Source: Desulfobacterales bacterium (GTDB lineage Bacteria; Desulfobacterota; Desulfobacteria; Desulfobacterales; UBA5616). Taken from it: a stretch of 64,000 bases of DNA. Location: the NCBI GenBank assembly GCA_046483495.1, contig JAWODC010000067.1, forward strand, positions 64,001-128,000. Direction: 5' to 3'. Numbering within the stretch: position 1 is the first letter of the stretch; each line of letters starts with the position of its first letter. The notes under the pieces are model-generated. The model made no database searches and was not told the DNA's origin. It was given only the letters and a program-made list of their open reading frames with translations. The translations under genes were made by a program, and so were the position numbers. Of the stretch, positions 46,840 through 57,575 are shown piece by piece.

Positions 46840-47994
46840 CCTCAACAGCCATTGCAGATTTCCTTTCTTGAGGTGAATGGCCGCTTCCGGACAGATTTCC
46901 ATGCAGCAAAAGCAGCGGATGCACGTGTCGTAATCGAAGGCGGGCACCTTTTTTTTGGTTGTTTGCGCCCCGATGGCGCCGGCCGGGCATATCGATTTGC
47001 ACTGGTAGCATAATGTACATTCACTTTCGCGGGGAACGGGCTTTTCAATGAACGCCTTTCTAAAGCGATTCGCAATATTCGGATTTCGGAGCAAAATGTT
47101 CCACACATTCTTTTTAACCGGTGATTTGAAATCCCGGACCCTGAGTGCATCGATCGTTTCCCCGACCACGGACAATTCGTCAGCGGACGATATGCCGAAC
47201 GGTCTGGCAAATCCACCGGTGATGGTGTGGACGGCGCGGTAATCCATATCGATGAGACCGGCGGCGGCCAGGTCAAGGGCAATGGGATCGCGGCTGACCA
47301 GAATGGCGCCGACCGGACGGGGTTTTCCGGAGGGTCCCGGACCCTCACCCTCCATGCCGACAATCCCGTCCATGATGTGCAGCATCGGCTTCGGCGGCTG
47401 GAACCCCGCGTACAGGCACGCGTTGAGGTCCAGGAGCAGCTCCGAAAATTCATGTGCGGACGGGGCCCTTAAGTGCCACCTGGATTTGTCCAAACCGGGG
47501 ATCGTTCCTAAAAGATTTTTTACCGCCCCGGTCAAGTAAGTCAGACTGTGGGTTTTGAGTTTGGGGAGATTTAAAATGATATCGGCCCGGCGGAATATGT
47601 CTGAAATGTCAAACCGTCTGAATTTTTGAGGGCTCTCGACGAAAACGGCGGATACTTTGCTGACATCGGCTATGTGTACATCTTCGGCTTCCGTGATGGC
47701 GGTATAGCCAACCGCATGGGCCACTTTGGTCAGCGGTTTGGTGGCGGGATTTTCGGCAAGAATGGGAATACCGCCGTTTTCTTTTACGATCCGCACTGCG
47801 GCATGGAAAAAGGCCGGGTGTGTGGTGACGGCTTTCTCCGGTGCGGCATTGGTCAGCAGGTTCGGCTTTAGGACGACTTTTTTATGGCGAAACGAATCGG
47901 GATCGAATCCAATCCGATCGAAGCCGTCCAGGATTTTTTCCTTGATTAAATCCGGATTGTATTCCATACATTGCAACAAAGCGACGTTTGACAT
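46834..47994 (-). CDS. DUF362 domain protein with C-terminal 2x[4Fe-4S] ferredoxin
   Basis: LKPNLL, NLPKLKTH, GAVKN, GMEGEGP and two CxxCxxCxxxCP motifs. Confidence 0.9.
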   Translation of the reverse strand: MSNVALLQCMEYNPDLIKEKILDGFDRIGFDPDSFRHKKVVLKPNLLTNAAPEKAVTTHPAFFHAAVRIVKENGGIPILAENPATKPLTKVAHAVGYTAITEAEDVHIADVSKVSAVFVESPQKFRRFDISDIFRRADIILNLPKLKTHSLTYLTGAVKNLLGTIPGLDKSRWHLRAPSAHEFSELLLDLNACLYAGFQPPKPMLHIMDGIVGMEGEGPGPSGKPRPVGAILVSRDPIALDLAAAGLIDMDYRAVHTITGGFARPFGISSADELSVVGETIDALRVRDFKSPVKKNVWNILLRNPNIANRFRKAFIEKPVPRESECTLCYQCKSICPAGAIGAQTTKKKVPAFDYDTCIRCFCCMEICPEAAIHLKKGNLQWLLRS

Positions 47995-48220
47995 GATGGT
48001 TGCCTCCGCAATTGAAGCACCGGTTTACCATGTGCACTATCCTGGTTTCTCCGCATATCCCGTGCGTGAATATCCTTATTGTTTCCAATCAATAAGAAAT
48101 ATGGGGATAATTCGTCAAGCGAATTTAGCATTGTTTGGGAAAATAGGATAGACGCTGTGCTAAACTCATTTCTCGGCTCCTTAATAATCAAAGACGCCGA
48201 ATGGAAAAGGAGAAGAAAAC

Positions 48221-48877
48221 ATGACCGAAAAAGAAGTGCAATGCTGTTACTGCGCAAAGAAAACCTGTTTTCTGGGGGAACTCAGCAATTCCCCGGAATT
48301 TTGTCCGTCAAAAGTGGCGCCTGAAGCCCTGGCGGAAGCACGGGACAGACTCGATGATCCTGAAATCCGGAAATACGCCCAGGATGTGGCAAAAACATGG
48401 CGGGGTATGGCCGGGAAAAATCGCGTAGAGTTAACCATGGAATACGCCAAAAACAGGGGTTATAAAAAGCTCGGGCTGGCATTTTGCGTGGGATTGTCGA
48501 AGGAGGCCGAACTGCTGGCAAACGCACTGATCAACGGCGGGTTCGAGGTGATTTCGGCAAGCTGCATGTGCGGAGCGCTTTCCTCGGATGATGTGGCGCT
48601 TCCGGAAGAGGACAAGATCGTTTCAGGCAACCGGCAGCCCATGTGCAACCCCATCGGCCAGGCGGCGGTGCTCGATCGAGGCGGAAGTGAACTCAACATT
48701 ATGCTCGGTCTTTGTGTGGGGGACGATGTCCTTTTCATTAAACATTCCAAAGCCCCGGTTACCGTCATCGGCGTAAAGGATTTCGCTCTGGCGCACAATC
48801 CCTTGGGCGCCCTTTATACAGCGGGCGGCCTGTTCTCACGCCTGAACACCCGTAGACCGAAAAAAATAGAAAAGTAG
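48221..48877 (+). CDS. DUF1847 family Cys-rich protein
   Basis: LGLAFCVGL, MCNPIGQA, GLCVGDD and HNP. Confidence 0.85.
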   Translation: MTEKEVQCCYCAKKTCFLGELSNSPEFCPSKVAPEALAEARDRLDDPEIRKYAQDVAKTWRGMAGKNRVELTMEYAKNRGYKKLGLAFCVGLSKEAELLANALINGGFEVISASCMCGALSSDDVALPEEDKIVSGNRQPMCNPIGQAAVLDRGGSELNIMLGLCVGDDVLFIKHSKAPVTVIGVKDFALAHNPLGALYTAGGLFSRLNTRRPKKIEK

Positions 48878-48904
48878 AAAAAGGCGGTTTTGAACATGGG
48901 TCTT

Positions 48905-49774
48905 CTATTCCCATGCGGCCTTTATCGGCTTTCGATCGACGGTTTTGAGAAACTTCAGCCGGGGATAGCCTAATACGATAACGCTGTAGACCTTGTTTTC
49001 ACCGGGAAGCCCCAGCGCCTGTTTGACGGCAGGGGAGCTGTTTGCGGAGAAATTCAGCAGTCCGATATAACAGGTGCCCAGCCCCATGGTCATGGCGCCA
49101 AGCACGACGGTGTGAGCGGCGATCACGCAATCGTCCTTGGGCGTACTTGGAGAGGGGGCTGAATGGAACACCATTACCGCCGGTGCCTTGTGGAGAATGG
49201 GATCGATTCCCAGGTCGCGGGCCTGTCCCAGCATCTTGTACCGCCGGGCAAAATCGTTCATAACGGCAAGCTCTTTCGGCGGTTCTTCACCACGCGAGTG
49301 GAAATCGGCCGTTTGCTTTTCGACGTCGGTGATCATTCCCATGAAAAACGCGATCGTCAGATCGGAGAGCTCGGTGATTTTCGCCGGATCGGTGATTACC
49401 TTGATTTCCACCGTCTGCAGGTTGCTGCCGGTGGGGCAGTACCGGCACATCTCGATCAGCTTCTCCATGTCTTGCCTTGGAATCGCCTTTTTTTTATAGC
49501 TTCGGTGGCTTCTTCGACTGCGGACCAGGGTAAAGAACCGGTCCGTATCATAGGATATGTCATCTTCGACCGGAATGAAGTTTTCCATGTCCAAGAGGCT
49601 GTGAGATATCGCACCCGCAGGGCAAAGCGCGACGCAGTGCCCGCAAAGATTGCATGTTTCTTCATTCGCATCGGCTGAGATGTTGTCTTCATCAACAGAA
49701 AATACCCGAAGACAACGGGTGGTGCAGATGCCGCAGGTGTCGCATTTTTCCCGGTCTATCACTATCCAGTTCAT
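48905..49774 (-). CDS. Ferredoxin-nitroreductase fusion protein
   Basis: Two N-terminal CxxCxxC motifs, then RRSHR, PTGSN.Q, GLGTC and LGYP. Confidence 0.92.
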   Translation of the reverse strand: MNWIVIDREKCDTCGICTTRCLRVFSVDEDNISADANEETCNLCGHCVALCPAGAISHSLLDMENFIPVEDDISYDTDRFFTLVRSRRSHRSYKKKAIPRQDMEKLIEMCRYCPTGSNLQTVEIKVITDPAKITELSDLTIAFFMGMITDVEKQTADFHSRGEEPPKELAVMNDFARRYKMLGQARDLGIDPILHKAPAVMVFHSAPSPSTPKDDCVIAAHTVVLGAMTMGLGTCYIGLLNFSANSSPAVKQALGLPGENKVYSVIVLGYPRLKFLKTVDRKPIKAAWE

Positions 49775-49783
49775 GTGTTCTCC

Positions 49784-50941
49784 TTAGGTGGTTTTTTTGG
49801 GTCCGAGATATTCGTGGACCTTTTTCAGCCATTCGTTTATCAGAATCTCCTGAGGACATTTTTCAACACATTCCTCGCAGTCCACGCACTTGTCCGCCCA
49901 GTTTTCCTTGGGTATCTGGCGATACCGAAACCTGGCCGTGCGCGGATCATCATATATGAATGCATCATTGTATTTGGCAAAAACATGGGGAATATCCACC
50001 CCGCTGGAGCAGGGCATGCAATAACCGCAATCGGTGCATGGAATGGGGCGGATGCGAAGGTACTCCTCCCGGATGAGGCTTACGGCGGCCTGTTCTTTTT
50101 CCGCCAATACGCCCGATCCCGACGCTTTTGCGCTGGCTACATTCTCGACCACGTGGCTCATTTCCGTCATGCCGCTGAGCACAACCGAAACCTCGGGCTG
50201 ATCCCATAACCACTGCAGGGCGAGGTCGGCCGGCGACCGGGTAATAGCGGCGTCTGCATAAATACGATGAACAGAGGGAGGCGGCTCTTTGCTTAACGCC
50301 CCTCCTCGCAACGGTTCCATGATGACGACGGCCAGACCCCTATCGGCGGCGTACTTGAGCCCTTCAGTCCCGGCCTGGTAATCCGTATCCATGTAATTGT
50401 ACTGGATCTGGCAGAACGTCCAGTCATAGGCATCCACGATCTCCTTGAACAGATCCGGACTATCATGAAATGAAAATCCCAGATGCCCGATACGCCCGTC
50501 GGCAATGGCGCCCCGGGCCCATTTGAAAACATCAAGGTCCAAAAGCTTCGGCCACAGCATTTTGTTCATGCTGTGCAGGAGGTAGAAGTCGATGTGATCG
50601 GTCTTGAGTTTTTCCAACTGTTCGTTCAAATATTTATCAAAGTCTTCGAATTTGGTCATAAACCAGGAGGGCATCTTGGTTGCCAGTTTAACCTTGTCCC
50701 GATACCCATCCTGCAGCGCTTCACCGACCACCTTTTCACTGTTCCCCGCATGATAGGGGTAGGCTGTGTCCACGTAATTGACGCCGTTGTCAATGGCATA
50801 GCGGATCATTCGTATCGTTTCGGGTCTATCGATATCCGGCCCCATGGGGGCGGCTTTTTTTCCGGATACCGGCAGGCGCATGGCCCCAAACCCCAGCGCA
50901 GACCCCTTCCAGTCAAGTTTTCCGAAATTGCGGTATTTCAT
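49784..50941 (-). CDS. Aldo/keto reductase with C-terminal Fe-S domain
   Basis: LGFGAMRLP, YVDTAYPYH, LATK, GFSFH, MEPLRGG, CTDCGYCMPC and CVDCEECVEKCP; start trimmed to MKYRNFG. Confidence 0.93.
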   Translation of the reverse strand: MKYRNFGKLDWKGSALGFGAMRLPVSGKKAAPMGPDIDRPETIRMIRYAIDNGVNYVDTAYPYHAGNSEKVVGEALQDGYRDKVKLATKMPSWFMTKFEDFDKYLNEQLEKLKTDHIDFYLLHSMNKMLWPKLLDLDVFKWARGAIADGRIGHLGFSFHDSPDLFKEIVDAYDWTFCQIQYNYMDTDYQAGTEGLKYAADRGLAVVIMEPLRGGALSKEPPPSVHRIYADAAITRSPADLALQWLWDQPEVSVVLSGMTEMSHVVENVASAKASGSGVLAEKEQAAVSLIREEYLRIRPIPCTDCGYCMPCSSGVDIPHVFAKYNDAFIYDDPRTARFRYRQIPKENWADKCVDCEECVEKCPQEILINEWLKKVHEYLGPKKTT

Positions 50942-51336
50942 ATGTCCTCCTGCTGGTTCGATAAAGAGAATGGATGGAATGCAGGGTGATTGAAGTATCT
51001 TTATCCGTATCGATTTCTTATGCTTTTTGTCAAGCGAATTGTCCGGCCGCATTTCGGTTGTGCCGGAGGATTATGGGTTATCGTATAACTTTGGTTTTAC
51101 ATGACAGATAGGTTTAGACCATTCGCCGGATAGAAGGAGCGGGACGGGCGAAACGGGATAGATGTCTGACAGGCGGTGAATAAACGGTGTCCAGGAAAAA
51201 AACTTGTTTTGAAAATATGAGTCGGGTATGCTTTTCGGCCATTGCTAAGGGCCGACAGGGGCACGGGCGGCTTGAATAAAAGCCGGGTGCCCCTTTATGA
51301 AAATGTGTAAATGAAGGCAAGAAGGAGGGGTGCTTT

Positions 51337-52572
51337 ATGCGGGAGCGACATGTGTCAGGTGAAAACGGCCGTCCCGGACCCTTGGAAGGCATACGGGTGG
51401 TTGAGTACGGCGTTTTCCATGCCGGACCCGGTGCCGGTGCCATTTTAGGGGATCTCGGCGCCGAGGTTATCAAGATCGAGGCGGCCTCCGGCGACCCCAT
51501 GCGAAAATGGAGCCGGACGGGTATGGTCGTATTTGGGCTGCCAAACGGCAAGAGCGCCATGTTCGAGGTTTCAAACCGGAATAAGAAGGGGATTTGCCTG
51601 AACATCAAAATGGAAAGCGGGCGTGAGGTGTTTCTCCGCCTGATTAAAAAGGCGGATGTTTTCCTCACCAACCTGCGCCCTGAAACGAAGGTTGCGTTGG
51701 GCATCGATTATACGACACTCGCCAAAGTCAATCCGAAGATGATTCATGCTAATGTCTCCGGATACGGCCCCAAAGGGCCTTTGTCCAACCTGGGGGCGTT
51801 CGACCCGCTGGGACAGGCCCGCTCCGGAATGGCGTTTCTGGCCGGGAATGATTATCCGACGCCGCTTCATCTCGGCATTCTGGATCAGTCCACGGCGATT
51901 GCTGCGAGCCACGCGATTATTACGGCTCTTCTCGCCAGGGAAAGGCAGGGCATGGGTCAGGAGATTCATATTTCACTTTTCAGTACGGCTATGTGGTTGA
52001 TGTACTGTAACTTCATGATCAAATCCTTTGTCGGGGTGGATCCCGCTGTGCGATGGGACAGGTCTTTGAATTCACCGCTTCGAAATGCATTTCAATGCAG
52101 TGACGGCAAATGGATCATCGGAACGAATCATCCGGAGGAAAAATGGTGGCCCGTACTGTGCAGGGCCACGGGTCAGGAACATCTCATCGAAGATCCCCGA
52201 TTTATCGATCAGGAAAGTCGATTTGCCAATTGTCCGGATCTGGTGGCGGTTTTTGACCGCGTGTTTTTGACGAAAACCCGGGACGAATGGATGGAAATTT
52301 TTGTACGGGAACAGCTCATGTTCAGCTCCGTACAGCAGCTCGAAGAGGTTTTCTCCGATCCCCAAGCCCTGGCAAATGATTATATGACCACGATTGCATC
52401 TCCGTTCGGTGAAATGCAGGTGCCGGGGTATCCTTTTCACTTCAGTGAACATACGGCCGGAATGAAAAGCTTTGCGCCCGAAATCGGCGAACATACCGAT
52501 GATGTATTGAGGGAGTTGGGCTATGATGACACCCAAATCGCGGAAATGAAACAGGACGGTGTCGCCGGTTGA
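51337..52572 (+). CDS. Family III CoA-transferase
   Basis: LEGIRVVE, LGAEVIKIE, NRNKK, SGYGPKGP, GILDQ and APEIGEHT. Confidence 0.93.
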   Translation: MRERHVSGENGRPGPLEGIRVVEYGVFHAGPGAGAILGDLGAEVIKIEAASGDPMRKWSRTGMVVFGLPNGKSAMFEVSNRNKKGICLNIKMESGREVFLRLIKKADVFLTNLRPETKVALGIDYTTLAKVNPKMIHANVSGYGPKGPLSNLGAFDPLGQARSGMAFLAGNDYPTPLHLGILDQSTAIAASHAIITALLARERQGMGQEIHISLFSTAMWLMYCNFMIKSFVGVDPAVRWDRSLNSPLRNAFQCSDGKWIIGTNHPEEKWWPVLCRATGQEHLIEDPRFIDQESRFANCPDLVAVFDRVFLTKTRDEWMEIFVREQLMFSSVQQLEEVFSDPQALANDYMTTIASPFGEMQVPGYPFHFSEHTAGMKSFAPEIGEHTDDVLRELGYDDTQIAEMKQDGVAG

Positions 52573-52579
52573 ACAGGAA

Positions 52580-52603
52580 AGGTCCCGGCTCGTGGCGGGA
52601 CCT
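52580..52603. terminator. Hairpin between convergent genes
   Basis: AGGTCCCG-N8-CGGGACCT. Confidence 0.45.
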
Positions 52604-52666
52604 GCCGCCCCGCCTTCGTTTTAAACGGCCGATAACGGACGGTTCCGCCGATCAGGTGTTCGAGGC

Positions 52667-54157
52667 CTAATGCTTTCTGATAAAGGTGCTGTATTCGACC
52701 ATGCATGACATGATGCGGGCGGCCGTATCCGGGGTTCTGAACACGGGATAGCCCTTCCGGCCGAGGCGGTAAAATATGCGTTCTTCCATGTCTCCCACGG
52801 CAAAGGGGATTTCGGTGGCGGTGATCAGCGGCTTCCGGTAATAGTGCGACATCTCTTTTACCGTATCGGCTGCCTGCGAAAGCTGATCGAGTGTATCCAA
52901 AATATGCGCCTCGATTTTTTCGGCCGATGTATCCGGTGATATCGGTCTGATTTTAATGAAGCCCATTATACCCAATAGGATGATGCAGTCCGTTTCAGGG
53001 GCTTTGAACAGAATTTCAAGGGACTTCATCAATGCCCCTTCTATATTGCCGGCGACCATGTCCACCGGGTTTCCCGGGTTCCACCACGGAGGCAGAATTT
53101 CGTCAAGCGCTGAAAGCGTTTTTTCAGAAAGCGTCACCACATCCAGGCCGTATCGGGCAGCGGCGTCCGCGGCCAAGACACCCCAACCGCCACCCATGGT
53201 TACGATAGCGGTTTTATTTCCGCGAGCCGGCGGCTGATTAATGAATCCCATGCCGATATTGAAGAGATCTTCCATGTTTCGTGCTCGAATGATGCCGGCC
53301 TGCCGGCAAGCACCCTGGAAAGCGGCGTCCATACCGGCAAGCGAAGCGGTGTGGGACATCGCCGCCTTTGCCCCGGCTTCCGTTCCGCCGGCTTTCAGTA
53401 TGACGATCGGTTTTTTCAGGGCGACATCCTTAGCCGTTTCAAAGAACCGCCTGCCGTTTCGAAATCCTTCGATATAGCTGATGATGACCTCGGTGCCGGG
53501 ATCATTTGCCATGAAATCGAAAAAGTCCTCGCAATGGAGATCGGCTTCATTGCCGCTGCTGACGGCTATTCCGATTCCGAATCCCGTCTTTATGGCGCGC
53601 TGACTCAAAGAGGTGGCGACATTGCCGCTTTGGGACACGATTGAAATTTTTCCGTCCGGCGGAAATACCATCGGCATTTGGGGGAAAAGCTTTTTCGACG
53701 GCCGTAAGATGCCGTTGCAGTTGGGGCCCACCAGGATCATTCCCCCTTTTGCAGCCCGCTCGACCATTTCCGCCTGGAGTTTTTCACCGTGTGCCCCCAC
53801 TTCGGCAAAACCGGCCGTGATCACAAGCCCGGCACGGATGCCCTTAGCCGCGCATTCATCAATGGCCTTGGGAACAGCATCCGGAGGAATGACGATGACG
53901 GCCAGATCGGGTACGGACGGTAATTCCCGAATACCGGGATAGGCGGTGATTCCCTGGACATGCTTTTCGTTGGGATTTACGGGGAAAATTTTTCCTGTAT
54001 ATCCGCCGTTTATCAGGTTTCGCAGTACGATGAAGCCCCATTTGCCGACAGCATTGGAAGCCCCTATGAAAGCGATGGATTTTGGATCGAACAACGGTTG
54101 AAACTTGGCATCCACGTTCAAACGGTTACGTTCCTTTTTCTGAATTGATTCAAGCAT
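52667..54157 (-). CDS. ADP-forming acyl-CoA synthetase alpha-type subunit
   Basis: SIAFIGAS, IFPVNP, AGFAE, GPNCNG, SQSG, AMSHTASLAG and NPVD; no ATP-grasp domain; start uncertain (54157 or 54193). Confidence 0.88.
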   Translation of the reverse strand: MLESIQKKERNRLNVDAKFQPLFDPKSIAFIGASNAVGKWGFIVLRNLINGGYTGKIFPVNPNEKHVQGITAYPGIRELPSVPDLAVIVIPPDAVPKAIDECAAKGIRAGLVITAGFAEVGAHGEKLQAEMVERAAKGGMILVGPNCNGILRPSKKLFPQMPMVFPPDGKISIVSQSGNVATSLSQRAIKTGFGIGIAVSSGNEADLHCEDFFDFMANDPGTEVIISYIEGFRNGRRFFETAKDVALKKPIVILKAGGTEAGAKAAMSHTASLAGMDAAFQGACRQAGIIRARNMEDLFNIGMGFINQPPARGNKTAIVTMGGGWGVLAADAAARYGLDVVTLSEKTLSALDEILPPWWNPGNPVDMVAGNIEGALMKSLEILFKAPETDCIILLGIMGFIKIRPISPDTSAEKIEAHILDTLDQLSQAADTVKEMSHYYRKPLITATEIPFAVGDMEERIFYRLGRKGYPVFRTPDTAARIMSCMVEYSTFIRKH

Positions 54158-54495
54158 AGGTATCCTGTTTTCGTGTTGCAGATCGAAGCCCAAACCTCCT
54201 GATTCGAGATGGTGCGTCGCATAAAAACTTTACTTCTAAACTCAGGCCGATCAAAAATCAAGATTTTTCCCTTGTTCTCATCGTACCGATGCAATGATAA
54301 GTGCATTGAGGGATTGACACCATCGGTTTGTTTGGGTAAAAATTCAGCATTCCATGCAATATAGGTCTTTTCGAGAGCCGCCGGCATTTGGCCGGTCACC
54401 TCTTTTCAAATCGTATTCGAGTGTCCTTCAAGAACGTAAAACGCCTATAATGAAGGGGCGTTCGGTAGTCTCCTCTAACCCACAAGGAGGTATCT

Positions 54496-55716
54496 ATGGA
54501 ATTCGGATTTACCGAAGCACAAGAAAAACTGAGACAGGAGATCCGGGAATTTTTTATGAATGAACTCCCGGAAGATTATGAGCCTGGATTCAACAATTTG
54601 ATGGGAAAGGAGGTCCAGGACTGGTGGATGCGGTTGAAAGAAAAGGCCATTCAAAAGGGCTATTATGTGCCCGGGTGGCCTGAAGGATACGGCGGGTCAG
54701 GGTTTACGGAGATGGAGCAGAGCATTCTCGACGAGGAGCAGGGGCATTTCGGCATTACGTGGCCGGATTTCTTAGGCCTTCACCTGGTGGGACCCAGCCT
54801 CATGATGTTCGGCACAGAAGAACAGAAAAAACGGTGGATTCCACCCATCGCCAGAGGTGAAACGGTGTGTTTCGAAGCGTTTACCGAACCCAACGCCGGA
54901 TCCGACGAGGCCAATATCGGCTGCCGGGCTGAAGAAGACGGAAATGATTTCATTTTTAACGGCCAAAAAATCTTTATCAGCGGATGGTACAAGCCCAACT
55001 GGCTGTTTACATTGGCCAGAACACGGGACATCATTCCCAAGCACCGGGGGTTGAGCCTGTTTCTGGTGCCCGCGGATCTGCCCGGGATTTCCTATCGACC
55101 GCTGGCCACCATGGGCGGCGGCCGTCAAAATTATGTATTTTTCGATAATGTGCGGGTGCCCAAGGACAATCTGCTGGGCCAATTGCACCGCGGGTTTTAT
55201 CATGCCATGCAGGTCTTTGAGTTCGAGCGGCGGATGACCGGGGACGCCGCCGGGGGAAAGCGGCTGATCCAGGAGCTGATCGCGTTCTGCAAGGAGACCC
55301 TTTCAGGCGGTAAACGGCTGATGGATTATCCTGAAATTCGCAAAAAACTGGCCAAACTGGCTGTTGAAAACGAAGTCCAGCGCCTGGCCGGGTGGTATTC
55401 GGCCTGGCGGTTTACCGAAAGAGAGAAACTCGGTCCGGCGCCGTATGAACTGAGCAACTATTACGCGAAAAAATACGGTGCACCCCATGCCAAAGCGATG
55501 CTGGACATTTTAGGGCTTTACGGTCAATTAAGCCCCGGTTCCAAATGGGCGGCTTTGGCCGGGAGACTCGAGCGGATGTGGAAAGTGACGCGAAGCCTTC
55601 ACGCGGGCGGCACATTCGAAGTGATTAAAATCGTTCTTGCTCAACGCGGACTGGGGCTTCCCAGAATACCCGCCCACATGATGAAAGCCATCGGCGAAGA
55701 GGTTATGAAAAAATAG
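54496..55716 (+). CDS. Acyl-CoA dehydrogenase (first subunit of a probable heteromer)
   Basis: FTEPNAGSD, NGQKIF, FFDNVRVP, FEFER and GGTFE...LGLPR. Confidence 0.92.
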   Translation: MEFGFTEAQEKLRQEIREFFMNELPEDYEPGFNNLMGKEVQDWWMRLKEKAIQKGYYVPGWPEGYGGSGFTEMEQSILDEEQGHFGITWPDFLGLHLVGPSLMMFGTEEQKKRWIPPIARGETVCFEAFTEPNAGSDEANIGCRAEEDGNDFIFNGQKIFISGWYKPNWLFTLARTRDIIPKHRGLSLFLVPADLPGISYRPLATMGGGRQNYVFFDNVRVPKDNLLGQLHRGFYHAMQVFEFERRMTGDAAGGKRLIQELIAFCKETLSGGKRLMDYPEIRKKLAKLAVENEVQRLAGWYSAWRFTEREKLGPAPYELSNYYAKKYGAPHAKAMLDILGLYGQLSPGSKWAALAGRLERMWKVTRSLHAGGTFEVIKIVLAQRGLGLPRIPAHMMKAIGEEVMKK

Positions 55717-55728
55717 GGAGGTGATGAT

Positions 55729-56988
55729 ATGGATTTTGGAATCAGTAAAGAACAGCAAATGCTGAAAAAAGAAGCCCGGAACTTTCTCGAAAAAGAATGT
55801 CCGGAAGAATTGGTCCGGGAAATGGAGAGGGGGAATGCCGGCCATTCACCGGATCTCTGGCGAAAAATCGCCGATCTCGGGTGGCTGGGGCTGCCCTTTC
55901 CTGAAACCTACGGTGGATTGGGCGGGGATCTGATCGACCAGATGCTGATCTTCGAGGAAATGGGCAGGGCCATGTTTCCGGGGCCGTACCTGTCCACGGT
56001 AACGCTGTGCGGATCGATCATTCTGGCCGCCGGTACCGAGGAACAAAAAAAGGAATGGCTGACCAAAATATCGGATGGCGCCCTTATCTGCGCACTCGCT
56101 GTAACCGAACCGGACGGCGCATGGGGAGACCGGGCATGGGATGCCGAAGGCATTGAACTGGCGGCGGTCAAAGACGGTGGCGATTATGTTTTGAACGGAA
56201 CGAAGCTTTTCGTACATGACGCCGTTGCTGCGGACATCATCTTTTGCGCAGCCAGAACCAAACCATCGGAGAAGGCGGAAGACGGCATCACGATTTTTGC
56301 CGTGGACACCGGTGCTCGAGGGCTTACCATCGAGCCTCTCAAAACCATTGCCAATGACAAGCAGTGTGAGGTCGTTTTCGATGGGGTCCGCGTTCCGAAA
56401 TCCGCAGTCGTAGGTCCGGTTGGCGGAGGATGGCCGTTTGTGTATCAGGCGATACAGCACGGGGCGGTGATGCTGTGCGCCCAGATGGTCGGGGCCGGGG
56501 AGGAACTGCTGCGCCTTTCTGTCGATCACGCAAAAAGCCGTGTCCAGTTCGATGCACCCGTCGGCATAAACCAATACGTCCAGGGGCATTGCACCGATTT
56601 GGTCTCAGACGTCGAAGGGTGCAGATACGTGACCTGCCAGGCGGCATGGCGGTTGAGCCGGAGCATGCCGGCCGAATACGAGACGGCCGCAGCCAAGGCA
56701 TGGACCGGTGAAGCTTTTGAAAGAGCGTGTCTGGCTGCCCATGCGGTGTTGGCCGGCTACGGCTATACCTCCAAAGACGGCGTTATCCCCATGTACTCCA
56801 GGCGTGGAAAAACGCAGCAGCTTTACCTGGGAAACACGGATTACTGGTTGGGAAAAATTGCCGATCACCTGGAAACATGGACGTTCGAGCGGCCCAAAGG
56901 AAAGCCGTTGGGATTATGGAAAACACCACCCGATGAGGAGACCCCGGACTGGGATGTGTGGACCCCGGAGGATATATTGGAGGTTTAA
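55729..56988 (+). CDS. Acyl-CoA dehydrogenase (second subunit of a probable heteromer)
   Basis: EEMGR, LAVTEP, LNGTKLFV, RVQFDAPVG and AGYGY; 12 nt after the previous gene. Confidence 0.9.
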   Translation: MDFGISKEQQMLKKEARNFLEKECPEELVREMERGNAGHSPDLWRKIADLGWLGLPFPETYGGLGGDLIDQMLIFEEMGRAMFPGPYLSTVTLCGSIILAAGTEEQKKEWLTKISDGALICALAVTEPDGAWGDRAWDAEGIELAAVKDGGDYVLNGTKLFVHDAVAADIIFCAARTKPSEKAEDGITIFAVDTGARGLTIEPLKTIANDKQCEVVFDGVRVPKSAVVGPVGGGWPFVYQAIQHGAVMLCAQMVGAGEELLRLSVDHAKSRVQFDAPVGINQYVQGHCTDLVSDVEGCRYVTCQAAWRLSRSMPAEYETAAAKAWTGEAFERACLAAHAVLAGYGYTSKDGVIPMYSRRGKTQQLYLGNTDYWLGKIADHLETWTFERPKGKPLGLWKTPPDEETPDWDVWTPEDILEV

Positions 56989-56994
56989 GGGTCC

Positions 56995-57035
56995 CCTATC
57001 GAATCAGGATATAAAAATTATCCTGATTCGATAGG
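56995..57035. terminator. Perfect 17-bp hairpin between convergent genes (probable bidirectional terminator)
   Basis: CCTATCGAATCAGGATA-taaaaat-TATCCTGATTCGATAGG. Confidence 0.7.
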
Positions 57036-57044
57036 TTGAGTGAT

Positions 57045-57245
57045 TTACTTTTGGACGACATTCACGGCTGCAGGGCCTTTATTGCCCTGCTCGATTTCGA
57101 AAGAAACCCGGTCCCCTTCGTTCAGGGATTTGAAACCGGTTCCTTGAATACCCGAATAATGCACGAAAATATCCGGTCCGTCTTCCTGCTCGATAAAACC
57201 ATACCCTTTTTTTTCATCAAACCATTTTACGATTCCATCCGCCAA
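57045..57245 (-). CDS. Cold-shock protein (CspA family)
   Basis: GIVKWF, KGYGFI (RNP1), IFVHY (RNP2) and GPAAVNV; TTG start. Confidence 0.96.
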   Translation of the reverse strand: MADGIVKWFDEKKGYGFIEQEDGPDIFVHYSGIQGTGFKSLNEGDRVSFEIEQGNKGPAAVNVVQK

Positions 57246-57575
57246 AGTAGCATTCCCCCCTTTCTGTTTTGTTTTGGTTCCACTGTTCAGGATGCCACTT
57301 CAGCAAAATGGACATTCCTCGTAGAACAAATCTCAAGCACAAGCGATAGCAGTCGTTGCTATGATAATGTGTTTTACTTTTAAATCAAGAATTTTTTGAA
57401 AAAATGTGAGGTGACTCCATACGGGCAACGGGAAGGGTACTGCGGAATATTGGGTGTTGCATTATGGGGGCTTTGGCGGTATACGGTTGCTGAGAATTGA
57501 AAACCGCCGATGCTTTCACACTTGTCTCTTTGTCGACTTTCCTGTTTTATTACATAGCCGCCAAAAGGAGGATGC

